A DNA stretch of 32,000 nucleotides, from assembly GCF_000018105.1 (NCBI RefSeq), contig NC_009930.1, positions 30,001-62,000 on the forward strand, read 5' to 3'. Below, one piece after another: positions 1 to 8,270 of the stretch. Within the stretch, counting starts at the first letter, position 1, and every line of letters starts with the position of its first letter. Source of the stretch: Acaryochloris marina MBIC11017. GTDB taxonomy: Bacteria > Cyanobacteriota > Cyanobacteriia > Thermosynechococcales > Thermosynechococcaceae. The notes below the pieces were generated by a model. The model ran no database searches. It saw only the letters and a program-made list of their open reading frames with translations, and was not told the origin of the DNA. The position numbers and the translations under genes were made by a program.

Positions 1-1
1 A

Positions 2-124
2 ACGGATGGTCAGCCAAAATCAATGGGAGTCATTGGCAAGCAAATTGGTGTCAGTCGAGAGCGGGTTCGGCAAATCCTCAATATCGCCATGAAGAAGATG
101 ACAAGACAGGTTCGCTCAGCTTAG
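2..124 (+). CDS. 3' end of a sigma-70 family sigma factor (region 4 HTH), truncated by the window edge
   Basis: Frame 2 reads TDGQPKSMGVIGKQIGVSRERVRQILNIAMKKMTRQVRSA*. The IGxxxGVSRERVRQI core is the classic region 4.2 helix-turn-helix. Stop TAG at 122-124. Confidence 0.6.
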   Translation, partial: TDGQPKSMGVIGKQIGVSRERVRQILNIAMKKMTRQVRSA

Positions 125-165
125 TCATTGCGAGTTGCAACCTGTGCAGCTTTACTTCGGACTAA

Positions 166-2028
166 TCAGCAACTTGCAACAGATTGACCAGAGTTATAGG
201 TCATAAGCTTTGAAGTGTTTGCTGTTAATACTACTCGGCCTTGTTTATCCCGAATCCATCTTTGTGCCTCAACAATGGTAGGGTTGGACGCTGGGGTCAG
301 TGATTGATTATATGTCTCTCGTTTTGTGAGATTGGATGTTTCTGTAATTGTTGAAGAAGGAGAGTTTTGGGGGGATATTTGTGGCTCTCTCAAGTCTTGC
401 CAAATGGAGGGTGGCGTTTGGATATGATGTGGGCCAAGAGGTACTCCACCTCTTCCAACATTCACGAAAGTGCTATTTCCGAGAGATTGACCAGGACGAC
501 AACTTTTTATAACGTCTTTTGGTTGAGCTAGTGATTCTTTGTATTTTTCAGCAGCATCAATTATAAATTGACCGTTTGAATCAAAAAAACCTAATGATTC
601 AATATTGAATTGAGTTAGAGGTGCATCAATCTCAATAAGACTTTCTTCTAGACCTACCAGGAGTCTAACATCGAAATCAATTAAACCACCAATACCAAGT
701 CCGTTTGCATCATATTTTATCTTGCTCTTATTTCTCAACAGCAAAATATTATCAAGTTCAATATTTAAATCACCGAGACGTTGATTTTCCACAATCATAG
801 AAATAGAAGCATTATCCTCCAGAGTTAGATTATTGCCTGTGATAGAGAGAGAGCCTCCAGGTGCATTGCTTGAAAATAATCCAATTTCTGCGTTGTCTCT
901 AAGAAGTATTTCTTTCGAAGCTATTGTAATATTTCCTGCTTTCCCAAATACATTAGAATTGCTGGATATTTTACCCATATTTTCTAATGTAGTATTCTTT
1001 GAATTGATCAGTATATTTCCACCACTGGATGACTGATATGAATTTGAAGATATAGTGCCACTATTATCAATATTGAGTGCATTCCGTGTATTTATGAAGA
1101 TATTCCCACCAGTCCCATTAAAGTATGAATAAGTATCAATCAATCCATTGTTTTCAACATTTAAATTTCTTGAATTTATACGTAAATATTTATTTCTTGA
1201 AGAATCAGAGCTATCAATTAATATCTTGCTGGAATTTTTTACATTTATATCTTTGAAAGACCCAACATCTTCATACCCCAATAGCCAGCCCTGATTGGTA
1301 GGCTGTAAACTTACGTAGCTTCTTGGTGCTACACTACCAATTTCAATATTTCCATTGAGAACTTGGATGCCACCTCGTAGGAAATTTATACCTCCGCCTA
1401 GAATTGATATCGTATTTCTAGGCTTAACCCTCAAATTTGGATATTCAGAAAAGCACAGATTCATGCATGTAGTAATACTAGGATCTACAACATAAACTGA
1501 TTGGATATTTATATCTTGAGCTGTGTTACCAAATTGAATGCCGATTGGAATACTTAACTTTAGATTTTGTACTGGTTGAGGATTGATTGCACTAAACGAT
1601 TTTCCATCTTTAAATATAAATCTACTTCCTGTAGTTGCAAGAAATGATCCATTTAAATCTAAAAAAGAATTAGGTCCAAAATAAATCCCAGATGGATTCA
1701 TCAAGAATAGGTCAGCATCACCTAGTACACCTAGAGTGCCATTAATATTTGATGGATTTCCACCCGTTACACGGGTCAGGATCAAGTTGATGTTATTGGG
1801 ATTTGAGAAGTAAACTTCCTGACCAGTCCCTATACTTAAGTCCTTAAGGCTATGGAATAGAGATTTATTTCTTGAAGCCCCTCCCTTGATCAGAATCCGG
1901 TTTCTCTGTTGCTCAATTACCGAATTCTCATTCCCTAACGTCCGATCAGCAGATACTTGGGCTAATCCTGGTGTGAGCAAAACGCTCCAAATGGCTAGAG
2001 CACTGGTCAACAAGATTGATTGATTCAT
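166..2028 (-). CDS. Secreted protein with a filamentous-haemagglutinin N-terminal (two-partner-secretion, TPS) domain
   Basis: N-terminal signal peptide (MNQSILLTSALAIWSVLLTPGLAQV). TPS-domain hallmarks follow: NRILIKGGA...NLFHSL..., FSNPNNINLILTRVTGGNPSNINGTLGV, and DLFLMNPSGIYFGPN. A beta-helix-like Asn/Gly/Ser-rich repeat body comes next. The C-terminal block (FVNVGRGGVPLGP...WQDLR...IVEAQRWIRDKQGRVVLTA) is typical of cyanobacterial members. Confidence 0.8.
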   Translation of the reverse strand: MNQSILLTSALAIWSVLLTPGLAQVSADRTLGNENSVIEQQRNRILIKGGASRNKSLFHSLKDLSIGTGQEVYFSNPNNINLILTRVTGGNPSNINGTLGVLGDADLFLMNPSGIYFGPNSFLDLNGSFLATTGSRFIFKDGKSFSAINPQPVQNLKLSIPIGIQFGNTAQDINIQSVYVVDPSITTCMNLCFSEYPNLRVKPRNTISILGGGINFLRGGIQVLNGNIEIGSVAPRSYVSLQPTNQGWLLGYEDVGSFKDINVKNSSKILIDSSDSSRNKYLRINSRNLNVENNGLIDTYSYFNGTGGNIFINTRNALNIDNSGTISSNSYQSSSGGNILINSKNTTLENMGKISSNSNVFGKAGNITIASKEILLRDNAEIGLFSSNAPGGSLSITGNNLTLEDNASISMIVENQRLGDLNIELDNILLLRNKSKIKYDANGLGIGGLIDFDVRLLVGLEESLIEIDAPLTQFNIESLGFFDSNGQFIIDAAEKYKESLAQPKDVIKSCRPGQSLGNSTFVNVGRGGVPLGPHHIQTPPSIWQDLREPQISPQNSPSSTITETSNLTKRETYNQSLTPASNPTIVEAQRWIRDKQGRVVLTANTSKLMTYNSGQSVASC

Positions 2029-2214
2029 ATCTTATCCACTTCATAGTCAGTGGTTGTATGAATAGCTATATCTAAAGAATTAGAGCAGTCACCTAAAAGA
2101 GTTTTCAGGATAAAAAAGATATTTTGCTTGAGTTCTTACAAAAATTCATCTGATTTCGATGGGATTTTTGAGTTTATACAGACAATGTTCTAATTACTGG
2201 GGCATTAATCTAGA

Positions 2215-3360
2215 TATACTGCGGACGACTTGTGACTTAACATTGTGGTAGAGAGATTTGGCACACTGGGAGTATCCCCGCACCTATCCTCCACTCCCAT
2301 GATTAAAATTGATTTCACCGCAGAGGAAATCCAACAACTCAATTACGAACGCTATCATCACCCTCACCCACGGGTGCAGCGACGGATGGAAGTGCTCTAC
2401 TTGAAGAGTCAAGGTCTTTCCCATACCCAGATCTGCCAGCTTTGTCAGATTAGTCGCCCCACTTTAGCCAAAACTCTTCGTCAGTATCAACAAGGAGGGA
2501 TTGAAGGGCTGAAGACCCTTGAATATAAAGGTCAACCGAGTCTACTCAACGCTCATAGCGATAGTGTGAGAGCTTACTTTGAGCAACATCCTCCCCGCAC
2601 CAGTGCAGAAGCTCAAGCGGTCATTGAGCAATTAACAGGCATCAAACGCAGTCCCACCCAAATCAAAGCCTTCCTCAAACGCATCGGTTGTCGTTATCGA
2701 AAAGTGGGGTATGTGCCGGGAAAGTCGAGTCTGCCCGAGAAAATTGAGGAGCAAGAGCAGTTTCGACACACTCGCCTTGAACCCTTATTAGAGGAAGCTC
2801 AACGCCAAGAGCGTCTTGTCTTTTTTGTGGATGCTGCTCACTTTGTTCACCGTGCTTATCTAGGGTTTGTCTGGTGCATCACTCGGATCTTCATCCCTTC
2901 TCCTTCTGGTCGCCAACGTTTCAATGTCCTGGGCGCGCTCGACGCTATCACCAAAGACCTAGTCAGCGTTACCAACCACACCTATATCAATTCTCACAGT
3001 ATGTGCCTGTTACTGGCCAAGCTGGCGCTACTTGACCCAGTCATACCCATCAGCGTGATTTTAGACAATGCGCGATACCAGAAATGTCAGCTTGTAACGG
3101 ACTTTGCCGAGATCGTCGATATTGAGCTGGTCTATCTGCCCTCCTATTCACCCCATTTGAATTTGATTGAGCGACTCTGGCGTTTTGTACGCAAGGAATG
3201 TCTCTATTCAAAGTATTATGCTGATTTTCCCGCCTTCAAAGGGGCCATTCAACAGTGCATCGACCAGTGTAATGGAGAGCATAAGGCGAAACTCACCACC
3301 TTACTATCACTCAAGTTTCAGTCTTTTAAGAAAGTTAATATCTTAGCCGCCTAGAGTATA
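2215..3360 (+). mobile_element. IS630-family insertion sequence, apparently intact
   Basis: Single HTH+DDE transposase ORF. The termini are imperfect inverted repeats: left TATACTGCGGACGACTTGTGACTTAAC (from 2215); reverse complement of the right end TATACTCTAGGCGGCTAAGATATTAAC (ending 3360). The right IR overlaps the transposase stop. The ends sit in TA-rich context, as expected for TA-targeting IS630. The exact boundary is uncertain by a few nt. Confidence 0.6.
2299..3354 (+). CDS. IS630-family transposase (HTH + DDE_3 domain)
   Basis: The track ORF opens at GTG 2245; the first ATG is at 2299 (MIKIDFTAEEIQQLNYERYHH...). The N-terminal winged-helix/HTH (LSHTQICQLCQISRPTLAKTLRQY) is followed by the DDE block (FFVDAAHF..., VILDNARYQKC, LVYLPSYSPHLNLIERLW), which is typical of IS630/Tc1-mariner. 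Confidence 0.85.
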   Translation: MIKIDFTAEEIQQLNYERYHHPHPRVQRRMEVLYLKSQGLSHTQICQLCQISRPTLAKTLRQYQQGGIEGLKTLEYKGQPSLLNAHSDSVRAYFEQHPPRTSAEAQAVIEQLTGIKRSPTQIKAFLKRIGCRYRKVGYVPGKSSLPEKIEEQEQFRHTRLEPLLEEAQRQERLVFFVDAAHFVHRAYLGFVWCITRIFIPSPSGRQRFNVLGALDAITKDLVSVTNHTYINSHSMCLLLAKLALLDPVIPISVILDNARYQKCQLVTDFAEIVDIELVYLPSYSPHLNLIERLWRFVRKECLYSKYYADFPAFKGAIQQCIDQCNGEHKAKLTTLLSLKFQSFKKVNILAA

Positions 3361-3583
3361 GTATTTGGGGGCCAAGACCAAGTTGCGATCGCAAAACCAG
3401 TCAAAGCCATTGTCAAAGACTTAGAAAGTACCACCTCAACTGAATCTGGGTTGTTGCCTTTGCCTTAATCCATAGACCAAACAGCTTAAGCGTTAAGTCA
3501 CACCGTATCCTTAAACATCCGGTCTTTGGGTGGAGTCATTCTAGCCACCTCCTCTGTCGAGAAATAGAAAAGGGTATAGAAAA

Positions 3584-3814
3584 ATGTCCGATTTCGAGGT
3601 ACAAAGAGAAAAGCTAGAGCATTTGTACTATTCATCACCAAGCTTTCTATCTGATGAAATGATTGAAGCTGAAATAGGGTACATCCCCTCAGAAGTCATT
3701 GAGGAGGGTGATGACCTCGATTCACAAAACAACATTGAAGCGTCTCCAACGGTCCTTGACCTAATCGGTGAGGCTGTTGAATTATGGGTGCTGAAACGAG
3801 GTGGGGATGACTGA
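3584..3814 (+). CDS. Small acidic hypothetical protein
   Basis: 76-aa ORF with a purine-rich AAGGG upstream of the ATG. No recognisable domain. Confidence 0.4.
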   Translation: MSDFEVQREKLEHLYYSSPSFLSDEMIEAEIGYIPSEVIEEGDDLDSQNNIEASPTVLDLIGEAVELWVLKRGGDD

Positions 3815-3968
3815 GCTTCGCGAGTTTTCCTTCCTCGTCTTGCATACCAGCGGCGAAGAGACCGTTCAGACGGTCGTGAGTACCAGTAAGGATCTGGCTG
3901 AAAGTGCTTTGTATCGCTGGATTACAGATATCAAATCACTACAACTCTTGGCTTCCAAGAACGAGTAA
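3807..3968 (+). CDS. Small hypothetical protein (53 aa, below ORF-track threshold), start overlaps the upstream stop
   Basis: ATG 3807-3809 overlaps the end of the upstream ORF (stop TGA 3812-3814). It reads MTELREFSFLVLHTSGEETVQTVVSTSKDLAESALYRWITDIKSLQLLASKNE*, with TAA at 3966-3968. Support is only the open frame and the coupling geometry. Confidence 0.25.
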   Translation: MTELREFSFLVLHTSGEETVQTVVSTSKDLAESALYRWITDIKSLQLLASKNE

Positions 3969-4076
3969 CAACAATGATTGCTTGTTGTTCATTACTGATG
4001 GAGTCATCCCTCATTGAATTAATTGACAAAGTAAGAACCGTGGCTAGAATATCGGCAAAGTTGCTGGGTAGGTGAT

Positions 4077-4535
4077 ATGTCAGATAACCGAGTTGATTGG
4101 TTTGGGTTTGCCCTCAATAAAGGGTTACATCTTCTGGAGGAATTCACCCAAGGCATCACCCTACCCAGTTGGCTGGCTCCTTTGAGTATGGTTGGTGTGT
4201 TAGCAGCCTTAATTAAGCTGATACCCTCCATAGAAAAAGGCTCCTTTCTAGCTGGCATTGGGGGTTATCTGCTTTTAGGTTTATTGATCGTCAACGTGAT
4301 CGCCCTATCAATTTTCGTCTACCTACCTGGCAAACTAGTTACCTTCAAGTCCCGTTCAGTCTCCCGGACAAGATTAACGCTAATGAGACTTCTGTTGATG
4401 GGTGTTGTAGTGATGCTCAGGGATATGATTAAGGTGGCCTTGCATCTTGCCTTTGATCTTGTAATTCTTCTCTTAACAGCATTGACCTACCCTTCACGAC
4501 AAAATGAACAACCGTTGAATCTACAAGGCTGTTAA
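4077..4535 (+). CDS. Hypothetical integral membrane protein
   Basis: 152-aa ORF with several hydrophobic helices (LAPLSMVGVLAALIKLI; GGYLLLGLLIVNVIALSIFVYL; LLLMGVVVML; LAFDLVILLLTAL). Confidence 0.5.
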   Translation: MSDNRVDWFGFALNKGLHLLEEFTQGITLPSWLAPLSMVGVLAALIKLIPSIEKGSFLAGIGGYLLLGLLIVNVIALSIFVYLPGKLVTFKSRSVSRTRLTLMRLLLMGVVVMLRDMIKVALHLAFDLVILLLTALTYPSRQNEQPLNLQGC

Positions 4536-4697
4536 GAATATCTGCCCCCTGAAAACGTTGCAATAGTGCCTTGCTAGGAGACTTGGATCACTGCTCCAAG
4601 GTATTCACAGTCATCAACAGGTGATGATACTGCTCACGGTAACGACTCTCCCGTCATGGGACCATACCTGTGATGCTTCTAGAACGAGGGTTTGGAG

Positions 4698-4955
4698 ATG
4701 ACTGCAATGTTGAGCAAGCAAACTATTCCAAATGCAAGTCTTGAAGATGCTATCCAGGAAGAGTCTGTTCAAACCCTGGATGGACAAGGCAGCTCAGCCC
4801 TCTACAAGGACGTAGATATTTATCAAATTCTCGTCGCTGATTTAGTCATTCACCACAAAGAGATTCTTCAGAACATTCCACTAGAAATAGCCATTCAAAC
4901 GATGAAATCAGCATGGAAATTGTCTCATAGTACTGATGAAGGCTTCAAAGGCTAA
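4698..4955 (+). CDS. Hypothetical protein
   Basis: The track ORF opens at TTG 4692. ATG at 4698 is preceded by GAGGG. No recognisable domain. Confidence 0.4.
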   Translation: MTAMLSKQTIPNASLEDAIQEESVQTLDGQGSSALYKDVDIYQILVADLVIHHKEILQNIPLEIAIQTMKSAWKLSHSTDEGFKG

Positions 4956-5084
4956 ACAGAACGCTCTCAACCGTTGTACATTCGTTGGCTGTGTTATCCC
5001 AAGGAAGCCGCCATACCTGTTTGGCGGTATGAAGACCGTATTAATAGTCGCTACAACTGCTGATAAATTCTTGAGGGTACGTTT

Positions 5085-5276
5085 ATGAAGCTCATCAGAA
5101 AAATAGTTGGTTTTGGCCTACTCGTCATAGGCGTTCCACAAGTCGCCAATGGTATTCAGCAGATCATCGAAACTGGAGGTGATCCCCGAGTGGTTGGGAG
5201 ATTGACCGCTCATGTTTTATATATTGTCGTCGGTCTCTGGCTACTATTGTCCAAAAATAGGCTTAAAAGCACTTGA
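5085..5276 (+). CDS. Small two-helix membrane protein
   Basis: 63 aa with two hydrophobic segments (IVGFGLLVIGVPQV; VLYIVVGLWLLL). GAGGG lies upstream of the ATG. Confidence 0.4.
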   Translation: MKLIRKIVGFGLLVIGVPQVANGIQQIIETGGDPRVVGRLTAHVLYIVVGLWLLLSKNRLKST

Positions 5277-5341
5277 CCTATCCAGGTCAAAGGCACGGAT
5301 GATACACCCTTAGTATTCTGCCGGATTGATGAGAAAGGGGA

Positions 5342-5647
5342 TCAAGCAGCTTTAGCCCCCACTTCAACTTTCACCTCCAGACCTGCACGGGATAGCATCT
5401 TGACTAATTTATCAATGCTAAATCTCTCAATATCTCCCGTCATCAGGTCACTAATGCGAGGTTGAGTCTCCCCGAAAAATTGAGCTGCCTTTTGTTGGGT
5501 CCATCCTTGAGATTGGATAAAACTCCGCAAGCTCAACATCAGATCAGCCCTAATCTTAAGGTTCTGGGACTCCTCTGCATCAAACCCCAGATCCGCAAAT
5601 ACATTTTGACTGCCTTTCGTCACTGTAAATTCTTCTTGATTCATCAC
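5342..5647 (-). CDS. higA: XRE-family HTH antitoxin (HigA-like)
   Basis: The pattern ...NVFADLGF...NLKIRADLM..., WTQQKAAQFFGETQPRISDLMTG..ERFSIDKLVKML is the typical XRE HTH partner of Gp49/HigB toxins. It lies 3 nt downstream of the toxin gene, in the reversed toxin-first order. Confidence 0.8.
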   Translation of the reverse strand: MMNQEEFTVTKGSQNVFADLGFDAEESQNLKIRADLMLSLRSFIQSQGWTQQKAAQFFGETQPRISDLMTGDIERFSIDKLVKMLSRAGLEVKVEVGAKAA

Positions 5648-5650
5648 TGT

Positions 5651-5989
5651 CTACTCCCTTGACTTTCGGTATTGAAGTAATTGCTGATAACGTCTCTGTC
5701 CAATCTCGATATCTAACTTTGAGGTCTTCTGAGTCTTTTTCTGGAACGCATGAAGGACATACACAGCCTCTGCAAATTTGGCGACATAGAAGACCCGGTA
5801 TGCGTCTTCAGTGCGGATTCGGACTTCCTTAACCCCAGCTCCAACAACAGACATGGACTTGAAATCCGTCGGCTTCTCACCTCCTTGGACAAGCCGAAGC
5901 TGAAACCCTGCTTTGCGTCGTGCGCTTTCTGGAAAATCTGAAATATCTTCTAATGAAGTTCCTATCCAGTTGATGGGCTTGTCCGTCAT
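5651..5989 (-). CDS. higB: RelE/ParE-superfamily toxin of the HigB / phage Gp49-like type
   Basis: The 112-aa sequence (KPINWIGTSLEDISDFPESARRKAGFQLRLVQGGEKPTDFKSM...GVKEVRIRTEDAYRVFYVAKFAEAVYVLHAFQKKTQKT) matches the conserved Gp49/HigB layout. It is paired with the downstream XRE antitoxin. Confidence 0.8.
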   Translation of the reverse strand: MTDKPINWIGTSLEDISDFPESARRKAGFQLRLVQGGEKPTDFKSMSVVGAGVKEVRIRTEDAYRVFYVAKFAEAVYVLHAFQKKTQKTSKLDIEIGQRRYQQLLQYRKSRE

Positions 5990-6359
5990 ATCCGAATTAT
6001 ACCTGATTTGGCATAATTAGAATTTAGTTAGCAATGCTAACCACTCTTGGCCGGGAGAGAGTATTGCTGTATCGCTAGGTGTTTAGAAAAGTATTTATAC
6101 TTTCTTGTTGATACCATTCTGAAAAGATAACTATTTGAGGAAACCAAAAGACTTGCTGATAGGGTGTTTCAGCGTATGGATTCTCTAACCAGTAGCTAAC
6201 GGTCAGTATGAACAGTCGCAACGAGGATCGTGATTTACTCCGAGCAATCAAGGCTGGTATCGATAAGTCGCTGAGACGTTCTGAGTAAACATCTATCAAT
6301 TCACAGATATATATTTAACGCTGGTTCAATATACATGAACTGGGCGATGGAGATAACTT

Positions 6360-6773
6360 ATGGCCGATATCCCATCTCTTTCTCTCCCACAACTAGAACT
6401 CCTCAGACTTGCTAAAAAACATTCTGTGGAAGAACTTCGGCTTGTCTATGAGTTCCCAGTGCTGGATGATAATGAACTTTCAAGCGGCCATCCACCGTTT
6501 ATCCAAGAATTGATTGATCACCATTTCATTCAGGTGCAAGAGAAAGGAACTTCTTTATGTGCTTCCGAGTTTCAACAAGAAAGCTGGACTGAGTACTGTG
6601 ACGAGATTGACTATCCCAAGCAAACTGATTGGGAGCGATGGAGGCAGGGATTCATTGTCCAACTCAGTGAGGGCTTTGAAAGCCTGATGACTCCAGGAAA
6701 AAGCTTGGGGCAATTCTCTAAGGTATGGATCCGAGAGATTGGCCTTCGAGGGGTTCAGCCAAGTAGCCTGTGA
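6360..6773 (+). CDS. Hypothetical protein
   Basis: 137-aa ORF with normal amino-acid composition. No domain recognised. Confidence 0.4.
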   Translation: MADIPSLSLPQLELLRLAKKHSVEELRLVYEFPVLDDNELSSGHPPFIQELIDHHFIQVQEKGTSLCASEFQQESWTEYCDEIDYPKQTDWERWRQGFIVQLSEGFESLMTPGKSLGQFSKVWIREIGLRGVQPSSL

Positions 6774-6969
6774 GTGAGGCTTGGGGCTGGGATATAGCAC
6801 TAAGCCTCTACATCCTCGTCAGCTTATTTTTCCAAATTCAAGCGGCCTCAATATGTTCCTCTAAAAAATGGCAAATGGCTTAGTGCCTTCTAGAAAGGTA
6901 TACCTTCCCAGCCCACTAAGCCATTTAGAGGTGACTCTAAATATATGTCAATTTCCAATTTGACAGTAT

Positions 6970-7428
6970 CTAATCATCATAGACTCTGCGATTTAACCAG
7001 CGGTCAAGCTTATCTCGAAAATCGCCTCGTTTGTCGCCTCTACGCCAGCGCCAATCATCATTTCGATGTCTGCGATCTCGCCATCGTCCATCCCGCCATC
7101 GCCCATCTCGCCATTGTCCATCTCGCCATCGTCCATCTCGCCATCGTCCATCCCGCCATCGTCCATCTCGCCTTCGCCAACGGCGATCTCTCCAACGACG
7201 ATCTCTCCAACGGTTATCAAACCGATCTCTACGACCTTTACACCGAACACGACCATACCGACGCCAACAGTATCGATTACCTCGACCTCTGCCAGCCACC
7301 AGTGTTTGAGTCTCTTCAAATTTTTCTAGCGGAGTTTCTGAGCTGAATGTTGCAGCTTGAGCAGGGGAAAGAACAGATGTAGCCCCAACCATTAGTGCAG
7401 CAGCCCACATCATATAAGATTTGGCCAT
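6970..7428 (-). CDS. Secreted Arg/Trp-rich tandem-pentapeptide-repeat protein
   Basis: This is the only one of five overlapping ORFs with a canonical Sec signal peptide ([26 protein letters not shown]). The mature part is (R/Q)WRD(G/R) repeated about 11 times, with Trp every 5th residue. It is encoded by the 15-nt tandem array. Confidence 0.55.
   Translation of the reverse strand: MAKSYMMWAAALMVGATSVLSPAQAATFSSETPLEKFEETQTLVAGRGRGNRYCWRRYGRVRCKGRRDRFDNRWRDRRWRDRRWRRRDGRWRDGRWRDGRWRDGQWRDGRWRDGRWRDRRHRNDDWRWRRGDKRGDFRDKLDRWLNRRVYDD
7072..7221. repeat. 15-nt tandem repeat array, about 10 units
   Basis: Plus-strand units of TCCATCTCGCCATCG with point variants fill 7072-7176, followed by CCAACGRCGATCTCT-type units to 7221. 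The period is a multiple of 3, so all frames stay open. Confidence 0.9.
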
Positions 7429-7737
7429 TGCTTTTCTCTCACTTATCCAACTATTTGTAAGTGTTACCTTAGTTACAAAAGCCCAGCATGTCAGTCTAAA
7501 AGCAATAAAAATAAACTTCTACTTAAAGAGAAAAAAGTTAAGTTTAAGTGGAAAAATATGGAATTAAGTGGAATTTAGAAGGGCATGATTTGTCTAGTTT
7601 TGGGGCTGCCTGTCATGGGTTAGAGTTCAGTTTCTATAAGGATTCTGAACATCTGGATGATTCTTTAGGTTTGAATTCAATGAGTTGGTATTGAAGTTGC
7701 TATCGTATCACCCAGCGTCTTCACTCAGAGCTAATTT

Positions 7738-7944
7738 CTAAACAGAAACTAAAGTCACTAATCGACACATGAGCAGTCGAATAAAACAGATATTAATCAT
7801 GACTTCAATCGTTTCTAAATAGATTTCGTAATCCTTCCCCAAACAACGATAGCGATTCAACCACTCAAAATACCACTTCGATAAACCATCTGCAAAGATT
7901 TTAACCCTCATAGTACTCAGAGGGTCTTTTGCTGTATATGCCAA
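7738..7944 (-). pseudogene. C-terminal remnant of an IS5/IS4-type DDE transposase
   Basis: ...KWYFEWLNRYRCLGKDYEIYLETIEVMINICFIRLLMCRL resembles the conserved transposase C-terminus (ERTFAWLxRFRRLxxDYE ... hydrophobic ... RL). Only about 50 aa of homology remain and there is no upstream DDE core. Confidence 0.5.
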
Positions 7945-8054
7945 AGTTTATCCCTGTAACTTCAGCGGATGACTACCCATCGACAAGATTCACCCATGCC
8001 TTTATAAGCAGGAATCACAGGTCCGATCGCAACCATCACCACCCCAAAAACACC

Positions 8055-8270
8055 CTAATCCCAATCCCGTAACCACCCCTGTTCCTTCGCTGCCTGGGCA
8101 AGGACCATTCGCATCCACTCAGACGGATTATCCACGTGCTCCACAATGGCATCCTTGAGCCGCTGATCCAGCCTGAACGTCACCTGTGCCGTTCGGGGTT
8201 CATCCCCCTCAGGTTTAAAACACTGAGCCTTAAATAAAGGGGACAGGGGTTTGGTTTTATGTCCACTCAT
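8055..8270 (-). CDS. Small hypothetical protein, possibly ribbon-helix-helix-like
   Basis: The likely start is the internal ATG at 8270 (MSGHKTKP...). The segment VTFRLDQRLKDAIVEHV resembles the beta-strand/helix start of RHH (CopG/Arc) DNA binders. Confidence 0.35.
   Translation of the reverse strand: MSGHKTKPLSPLFKAQCFKPEGDEPRTAQVTFRLDQRLKDAIVEHVDNPSEWMRMVLAQAAKEQGWLRDWD

Noticed and set aside
4019-4258. Minus-strand 79-aa ORF overlapping the 4077-4535 membrane-protein gene
   Set aside because: It is antisense to a longer ORF with clear TM helices, and its translation is not protein-like.
6075-6299. Minus-strand 74-aa ORF
   Set aside because: It is an isolated ORF with no ribosome-binding site and no recognisable features, and it lies in what is probably the promoter region of the HigBA operon. 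It cannot be supported.
7072-7221. The tandem arrays (15-nt here; 12-nt at 15792-15899) considered as possible CRISPR arrays
   Set aside because: The units are contiguous with no unique spacers, are much shorter than CRISPR repeats, and no cas genes are present.
6945-7346. Plus-strand ORFs 6945-7346, 7031-7309 and 7066-7329, and minus-strand ORF 6993-7319, over the 15-nt repeat
   Set aside because: A 15-nt tandem repeat keeps every frame open. Only the 6970-7428 minus frame has a start context with a bona fide signal peptide and a non-repetitive N-terminal region. The others begin inside or just next to the repeat and encode implausible polymers.
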